Source of the DNA: a virus
Taxonomy: Duplodnaviria; Caudoviricetes
Virus record (IMG/VR): IMGVR_UViG_3300033069_000781
Coordinates: 55,053-119,052 of that record
Direction: 5' to 3' (one strand)
DNA: 64,000 nucleotides
Notes under the pieces: generated by a model
Databases searched by the model: none
What the model was told of the DNA's origin: nothing
The model's input: only the letters and a program-made list of their open reading frames with translations
Shown: in pieces, positions 58,847 to 64,000 of the stretch
Layout of the letters: every line of letters starts with the position of its first letter
How positions within the stretch are numbered: the stretch's first letter is position 1
Program-made: the position numbers and the translations under genes

Positions 58847-59296
58847 ATGAAATCCGAGGATCGAATTGGTCAGAAGTTTGGTCACTGGACAATCATTGGT
58901 ATTGGATTTATTGACAAAGGCAAAGATCGAAAGTTCGAATGCAAATATTCTTGCGGTGATGTTCATTTCGTGAAGGCTGGAAATCTACGTGAAGGTAAAA
59001 CTAAGCAATGTAATAAATGCAGTCAGATTAAGTACGGAGAATCCCGCAAGAGATTGGCTAAAGCTAGACATAAGGCTCTAGGTCATGTGTTCAAGTCTGG
59101 AAAATACTACGATAGATGTAAATGCGGGAATCTGATGGATAAGACTGCTACACGCTGCATTAGTTGTACTCTGAAGTATCCAGTCAGACTCAAAGTACTA
59201 GCCGCACAATTTGGAATTACAAAATACGCGGTGAGGTATCAAATCAGGACCAAAGGGTATAAGAAGGCAATTAAATATTTAGAGCAAAGGAAATAA
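58847..59296 (+). CDS. Cys-rich DNA-binding protein, like the N-terminal domain of HNH/AP2 endonucleases but without a nuclease domain
   Basis: IGQKFGHWTII...CKYSCG...NLREGKTKQC; a second CxC/CxxC; HTH-like end. Confidence 0.6.
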   Translation: MKSEDRIGQKFGHWTIIGIGFIDKGKDRKFECKYSCGDVHFVKAGNLREGKTKQCNKCSQIKYGESRKRLAKARHKALGHVFKSGKYYDRCKCGNLMDKTATRCISCTLKYPVRLKVLAAQFGITKYAVRYQIRTKGYKKAIKYLEQRK

Positions 59297-59298
59297 TC

Positions 59299-59607
59299 AT
59301 GGTTGCAGATTTCACAATCGTTGGTACAGTCACGAATTGGCAGAGATCTAGTAATAAAGAAGTACAGTTGCTTATCACAACGAATAGACCTGGACTTCCT
59401 ATCGAGGATACTGTACAGACCTGGTGTGTATGTGTCGATAGTCATGTTGATCGAGGTACTGAATTCGCATATCTTGTTGGATCCGTTGTGATGTTTAAGG
59501 GCTATCTTGATATACGGAAATTGAGATTTTCTAGCTACTCTATTGATGCAGTTGTTCTGTGCGCTACCACTATTAAATCAATGGCTGGTCAGGTATTAAA
59601 AGGATAA
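59299..59607 (+). CDS. SSB-like OB-fold protein
   Basis: FTIVGTV ... GSVVMFKGYL pattern. Confidence 0.4.
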   Translation: MVADFTIVGTVTNWQRSSNKEVQLLITTNRPGLPIEDTVQTWCVCVDSHVDRGTEFAYLVGSVVMFKGYLDIRKLRFSSYSIDAVVLCATTIKSMAGQVLKG

Positions 59608-59611
59608 AGAA

Positions 59612-59929
59612 ATGAAAGTAAAACTCATTGAAAGGGTCGGTAGATTCTGTGTGATCTTGGGTACCGAGGTACCTTACAGCGATGACGTCGGATGTACAGA
59701 TACCCAGAAGATAATTCAGGCTTACTGGTGTGGGAATAAAGATGGGGAGGGCTGTTCATTTGAGAGCTGCACAGTTCTCTACAGGATTACCAGGGGAGTT
59801 GATATCGCTAGGCTTGAGTACGTCAAAGGACTCTGTGAGGGCTATATGTTGGCTCATGATGATCTAAGTGGAGAAGTAGCCATTGCTGGCGGTATCAACT
59901 ATAAGTCGAAACTGAACATAATTGAATAA
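59612..59929 (+). CDS. hypothetical protein
   Basis: SD AAAGGATAAAGAAATG. Confidence 0.6.
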   Translation: MKVKLIERVGRFCVILGTEVPYSDDVGCTDTQKIIQAYWCGNKDGEGCSFESCTVLYRITRGVDIARLEYVKGLCEGYMLAHDDLSGEVAIAGGINYKSKLNIIE

Positions 59930-59940
59930 AGGATAAAGAA

Positions 59941-60402
59941 ATGCTTTGTGATGTTAAATTGAATGAAACCAGAGATCCACTGATGACTGTTCTCTCTGGG
60001 ATGATGAATAAAGAGAGCAGGATCAAGCGACTCGAACAAGGTATCTATGAGTGCCCTCATTTCAACTTTGAGTGTGAGTTTAGATCTAATCAGACCTATG
60101 AATTAGACTTTCCTGAAATAGGTAAATGGGAAGATCAGACCCGATTTAGTCCATACGGTGTCTGTGACTCCGTGGATCAATTGAAGTCTAAGTTGCCAGA
60201 ATGTGTAACTAGTGGAGATACTAAGTATTGTATTTCCGTTCACCACATAACAAAGAAAGCGGAACAGGAAGGTGGAGCCTATGGCTGGCGTTGGCATAAA
60301 TGGGGGCCCTACATTGGTATTCATGAACCACAATGTGAGTACTTATCCGAAGAGCCAGTAATCGAAGAGATCTATGTGTACCATATCTATCAAATAGAAT
60401 AA
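59941..60402 (+). CDS. hypothetical protein
   Basis: SD; YGVCDS, GWRWHKWGPYIG. Confidence 0.7.
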   Translation: MLCDVKLNETRDPLMTVLSGMMNKESRIKRLEQGIYECPHFNFECEFRSNQTYELDFPEIGKWEDQTRFSPYGVCDSVDQLKSKLPECVTSGDTKYCISVHHITKKAEQEGGAYGWRWHKWGPYIGIHEPQCEYLSEEPVIEEIYVYHIYQIE

Positions 60403-60412
60403 AGGATAACAA

Positions 60413-60715
60413 ATGGGACAGGCAAATCGTTTCACTGATGAATTTAAGGCTGCGATGCTGCCGGAACTTAAAAGGGCGCTTCGTGAGAGTATGGGTGGAA
60501 TGAAGATGGTGGAGCTGCTTTGTGCTGTTATGCATGAGAACTCCACCCCTATCATCAAAATGGCATTGGTTGATTGTGCCAATTTTGTTTCACTTTTCGA
60601 CGCCTATCTCAAGGCCCTGGAGCCAGAAGGAATTCATGTCTTGACCTATGACTACGATATGGGAGGAGTGATTCGCGAGAAGCAATTCGTTTACACAAAG
60701 GTTAAACCAAAATAA
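60413..60715 (+). CDS. hypothetical protein
   Basis: SD. Confidence 0.6.
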   Translation: MGQANRFTDEFKAAMLPELKRALRESMGGMKMVELLCAVMHENSTPIIKMALVDCANFVSLFDAYLKALEPEGIHVLTYDYDMGGVIREKQFVYTKVKPK

Positions 60716-60930
60716 TGCATAAGCACAAGCACTGTAAACACCGAATCCGAAGGTTCGTAAAGGAGTATAGACATCAATGCATATCGGGAATCTGTATCTG
60801 GTTGAGGCGTAGCTGTGTCCTATGCGGTAATGATGAATTGGTTGCAAATAGGCCCTACATAAAGGAGCCTAGGAGTGAAGATTATGACTGTAGTAAAGAA
60901 GGATTGGCAGTACTACCTGAGGTTAGCTAA
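60715..60930 (+). CDS. small Cys/His-rich protein
   Basis: HCKH...C..CG. Confidence 0.45.
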   Translation: MHKHKHCKHRIRRFVKEYRHQCISGICIWLRRSCVLCGNDELVANRPYIKEPRSEDYDCSKEGLAVLPEVS

Positions 60931-61129
60931 GAACAGAGATCGTTTATCAATGGCGTTAGCAATCATTGTTGCAGTACTAGCACCTATTAACATCTATATC
61001 GGATCAGAGAGGAATCTCTGGGATATCACCTTTACACTACAATTAGTTCTGTTGTTTATAGAACTCTACTTCATTGTGATGGCAACTTACTATCATCGTC
61101 TAGCCCGAGTAGGTAGGAAATATGAGTAG
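60875..61129 (+). CDS. small two-TM membrane protein
   Basis: AGGAG SD; two hydrophobic helices. Confidence 0.55.
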   Translation: MKIMTVVKKDWQYYLRLAKNRDRLSMALAIIVAVLAPINIYIGSERNLWDITFTLQLVLLFIELYFIVMATYYHRLARVGRKYE

Positions 61130-61397
61130 TTACGCAATGATCAGGGCTATCTGTGATATAAGGAGTGGTACCGAGACCAAAAAGGATGCCCAGAAATATA
61201 ACTGGCCCACTTACTTTGAGGCCTGCCCTAGACGATGGGATAAGGTATACGATGTAAACAACGAGGTATATCTGGTTGTAGTTGGTGTAGAGCATAGGAG
61301 TAGCTGTTGTCAATCACATATAGAGAATGATTACAGATCTTCAGATCCACACCTAGTCATAGTGCTTGGCGGGCTATTAATGCCTGCTGATACCTAG
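61122..61397 (+). CDS. hypothetical protein
   Basis: SD; ORF in operon. Confidence 0.55.
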   Translation: MSSYAMIRAICDIRSGTETKKDAQKYNWPTYFEACPRRWDKVYDVNNEVYLVVVGVEHRSSCCQSHIENDYRSSDPHLVIVLGGLLMPADT

Positions 61398-61411
61398 ATA
61401 AAGGAAACTAT

Positions 61412-61663
61412 ATGCACTTAGTACAAGTCGTACTTCTAAGTAAGGATTTTCCTGAATGTCGGGACGATACCTGCCCGCATAGGCGTAACTGCGCTAATCA
61501 TTGCTCAGCTGGTGATTTCCGGACAGAAGATGGATCTACCCCAGACCTAAAGGAAACAGCTAGTGGAAACTGGCAATGCAGTAAAGATCCTAAGGCCATA
61601 GGAATGGGAGCTAGACTTAGGGGTGGTGGGACCGTTACAAAGATTAGGGATAGATTACCATGA
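61412..61663 (+). CDS. small Cys-rich protein
   Basis: SD; C-x4-CPHRRNC..H. Confidence 0.6.
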   Translation: MHLVQVVLLSKDFPECRDDTCPHRRNCANHCSAGDFRTEDGSTPDLKETASGNWQCSKDPKAIGMGARLRGGGTVTKIRDRLP

Positions 61664-61676
61664 ATAAAGGATTCAT

Positions 61677-61946
61677 ATGGCATCATTTAAAGAAACAATC
61701 GAACTGCCAGCGGGTTGGTGGTGGTCCCAAGATGATTGGTGCTTAATTCAGGCTAGAAACCATGACTGTTCGATTTGGGTGACTTCACTGACGGTGAAGG
61801 CCCCAGGAGACGGCACTCACTATACACAGAAAGCGGATATCAACTGGAAGGCGGGTTCCGCCAAGATCACAGCTGATATCATTGAGCAACTCAAGCAGGC
61901 TGGAACAATTGCTGCAGCGATGAACGCTTACTTTAATACCAAATAA
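61677..61946 (+). CDS. hypothetical protein, LPxxW family
   Basis: SD; ELPAGW. Confidence 0.65.
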   Translation: MASFKETIELPAGWWWSQDDWCLIQARNHDCSIWVTSLTVKAPGDGTHYTQKADINWKAGSAKITADIIEQLKQAGTIAAAMNAYFNTK

Positions 61947-61955
61947 GGAGAATTA

Positions 61956-62189
61956 ATGGGAGAAATGGCTGATTACTATCTGGAACTAGACCCAATAGAA
62001 CACGAACCAGAAGATTCAGATACACACCCAGGTTATACCTGTAGATATTGTCAAACACAGAATTTGTGGTGGTATCAAATCATGGGTAAATGGAGACTAT
62101 GTACTAGAACCAGAGAGGGTAGTCATAGCCTACATATATGTCCAGTTAACCCACCCAAAAACAGAACTAAACAAAATAAACAAAGATAA
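61956..62189 (+). CDS. small zinc-binding phage protein
   Basis: MGEMADY, CRYC...L.W...GKWRL...H.C. Confidence 0.65.
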   Translation: MGEMADYYLELDPIEHEPEDSDTHPGYTCRYCQTQNLWWYQIMGKWRLCTRTREGSHSLHICPVNPPKNRTKQNKQR

Positions 62190-62201
62190 GGAGTACTAGA
62201 T

Positions 62202-62533
62202 TTGGATAATGCAATTATTGTACCAATGATCCAACGGATCAGTTACCTCCGCTCCCAGAGGACTAGTCCTACAAATTTGTGACCCACGACAAACTGGAGA
62301 TTCAACATTGGGGTAATAAAGTCAGAATCAGGGTATTTAGAATTGTCCCCAGTAGACCCGAAGAATCGATGGGTAGGATCTTCAGAAATGCCGTGACTCT
62401 TGTTGATCAAATCGCTTTAAGTTGTGAATCTGAAATTGCTGAGTACCTCAAAATTCTTACTGAGGCCCATGAAATCGTTAGAACTATCAATGAAGCTTTC
62501 AGTCAACATGAAAGGAAATATAGGGATGGATAG
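62202..62533 (+). pseudogene. disrupted LPxxW-family paralog
   Basis: in-frame TAG at 62264 in DQLPPLPED*SYKF; the SD-led TTG at 62202 is in another frame. Confidence 0.45.
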
Positions 62534-62876
62534 ACCAGAGGAGGAAGTAAAAGCCCCTAAACTAGAGATGCTGCCACTATGGATGATACCGGATGGTCTA
62601 CCAGCTGGTTGGGAGGTTAAGGATAGACAAGAGAATTGGTTCGTACTAGAACATAGCAATCCACATATACAAATAACTGTGTATAGAACTGAGCCATATG
62701 GATACATGAAAGATTATCCAGATAGGCTATTTCGTCCCGCGTATATCTGTACTAATCACAATGTCTTCTCTGATACAGATTCTTTACAAAAACACATCGA
62801 GTTTCTAGAGCAAGCACATACGTTAGCTATGGGTCTGGATAAACTCTTTGAAGGGTATGAAAGGCAATATAAATAG
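62526..62876 (+). CDS. hypothetical protein, LPxxW family
   Basis: AAGGA SD before ATG 62526; GLPAGW. Confidence 0.65.
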   Translation: MDRPEEEVKAPKLEMLPLWMIPDGLPAGWEVKDRQENWFVLEHSNPHIQITVYRTEPYGYMKDYPDRLFRPAYICTNHNVFSDTDSLQKHIEFLEQAHTLAMGLDKLFEGYERQYK

Positions 62877-63181
62877 CGTTTACATCAACCTTTGAAGTCA
62901 TAGGCGAAGTCTCAGGCGTAACCCGGGTTAGAGCTATAAACTCTAACTTTAAGGACTCTGGGTTCTACAAAGTGCTCACGCTTAAGGAAGCCATACCAGG
63001 ATTACGTATTCATTACTACTCAATTTTCTTTGAGAGTGAAAAAGCTAACTGCGGTGATTTCGCTTACATAGATATGTTTGGTATGGGTGATACCGTTATA
63101 GTCAGGGGTGAGCTCAGGATTGGTACTGAGAATCAGATCGAACTACTCGGAAAGACTCTTAGGAACTTCCATAAACAATAA
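62873..63181 (+). CDS. SSB-like OB-fold protein with ATA in place of a start codon
   Basis: frame open from ATA 62873 (AFTSTFEVIGEV...GDTVIVRGEL); resembles 59299-59607. Confidence 0.45.
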   Translation: MAFTSTFEVIGEVSGVTRVRAINSNFKDSGFYKVLTLKEAIPGLRIHYYSIFFESEKANCGDFAYIDMFGMGDTVIVRGELRIGTENQIELLGKTLRNFHKQ

Positions 63182-63195
63182 TAAGGAGATCTATA

Positions 63196-63660
63196 GTGGA
63201 CCAGATTGGGTCACCAAGGAATGTACATCTTATCGATCACTGGCTAGCTACCAGGGTTATGGGCTGGAAGTACTGTGATAGGATGTCTCACTATTACTGG
63301 GGCGAGACTCTCAAGGATTCTATCTCGAAGGTCGAATGGAAGCCCTCTACTGACCTTGTTCAGTGCAAAATGATTTGGGATCATTTGACGGCTAAGGGTT
63401 ATGCCTTTGAAATATGAAATGTTCGAAGCATGACTGCAAAGGTACCAAATAGTTACTCAGCCAAAGTCTACCCAGCAGACAGAAAGGGTAATGAGAAGAT
63501 CTACCCACAGAGCCAAACCTACTATCACGAAACCTTGGAAGGTGCTCTCTGTATCCTCTTCTTGAGGATGTTTAATATCGCATCCATCGATGATACTAAA
63601 TTTTTGCTAGCGAGGGCAATAGAACACAAAGGAGTGAAGGTATGGGACACAAATCCATAG
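63196..63660 (+). pseudogene. phage ABA-sandwich-like gene split by an in-frame TGA
   Basis: ORFs 63196-63417 and 63430-63660 share a frame; LATRVMGW...WKPSTD in the N-half and ETLEGALC in the C-half. Confidence 0.5.
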
Positions 63661-63938
63661 ACCTGAAAAAGTTAGCTGACGAAATCTGTCGAGACGTGGG
63701 ACAAAAACTTGAAGAGATCTTCAATAACCCTAAACAAGGATTGGTTTATATGCCAGGTCATAGTATGTCTACGGTCCCACCGGGCCTAGCTACCCTAGTA
63801 CCAGGTTTTGTTCATAAAGAGATTCTAGATATCATACTGGATCATCTTCAGAGGCCTCATGTGGAGTTGAAAGAGCCGCCTGTAGAAGAATCGATAGCAA
63901 ATAACCAATTCCAAACCAAGTTTGAAAGAGTGATCTAA
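63642..63938 (+). CDS. hypothetical protein
   Basis: SD; 98 aa. Confidence 0.6.
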   Translation: MGHKSIDLKKLADEICRDVGQKLEEIFNNPKQGLVYMPGHSMSTVPPGLATLVPGFVHKEILDIILDHLQRPHVELKEPPVEESIANNQFQTKFERVI

Positions 63939-64000
63939 ACAAACCCATAAATAAAGGAGTTAAAGATGTATATCAGAGGAGTTGTCTTTACAAACTATGA

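Noticed and set aside
58847-59296. Intron or homing endonuclease splitting beta', with a second exon downstream
   Set aside because: The ORF lacks a nuclease motif, is preceded by its own promoter/SD element, and no beta' C-terminal sequence appears in the remaining 5 kb.
27-62707. Numerous short minus-strand and nested ORFs in the track
   Set aside because: They are shadows of longer + strand genes with no motifs or RBS; only the HNH gene at 43930-44655 was accepted.
1-64000. Bacterial chromosome or nucleus-forming phage hallmark genes
   Set aside because: Single-strand dense small ORFs and a truncated, divergent RNAP without ribosomal-protein neighbours indicate a phage. No chimallin or PhuZ could be recognised here.

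Overview
A 64-kb slice of a large (jumbo-type) dsDNA bacteriophage genome. It is densely coding, about 40% GC by eye, uses the standard code, and almost every gene is on the + strand. Recognisable genes cover several functions. Replication and repair: a RecD/Dda-like helicase end, NAD-dependent ligase, an SF2 helicase and RuvC. Nucleotide metabolism: deoxyribosyltransferase, dNMP kinase, dCTP deaminase and a class II RNR with a LAGLIDADG intein. Translation: tRNA-Gln(UUG) and TilS. Also present are a PRS-like plus NAMPT-like pair (NARP1-type NAD rescue) split by an antisense HNH gene, and a probable portal. A secreted SGNH hydrolase with a Phycisphaerales-type dockerin-like tail suggests a planctomycete host. 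The most striking features may form one system. (i) A 1477-aa RNA polymerase fuses beta to the N-half of beta', with a TLDHDGD catalytic loop and no beta' zinc domain. (ii) Directly upstream is a block of Gly/Ala-rich membrane-type proteins punctuated by a recurrent K-x-[A/S] motif, a candidate maturation-protease site. (iii) Five copies of a promoter-hairpin-SD element (ATG[C/T]GTCATATTATAGTG...) each open a block of SD-led accessory genes, and several blocks close with a terminator followed by TTAGCTATT. All functional calls come from motif recognition by eye; no searches were run.
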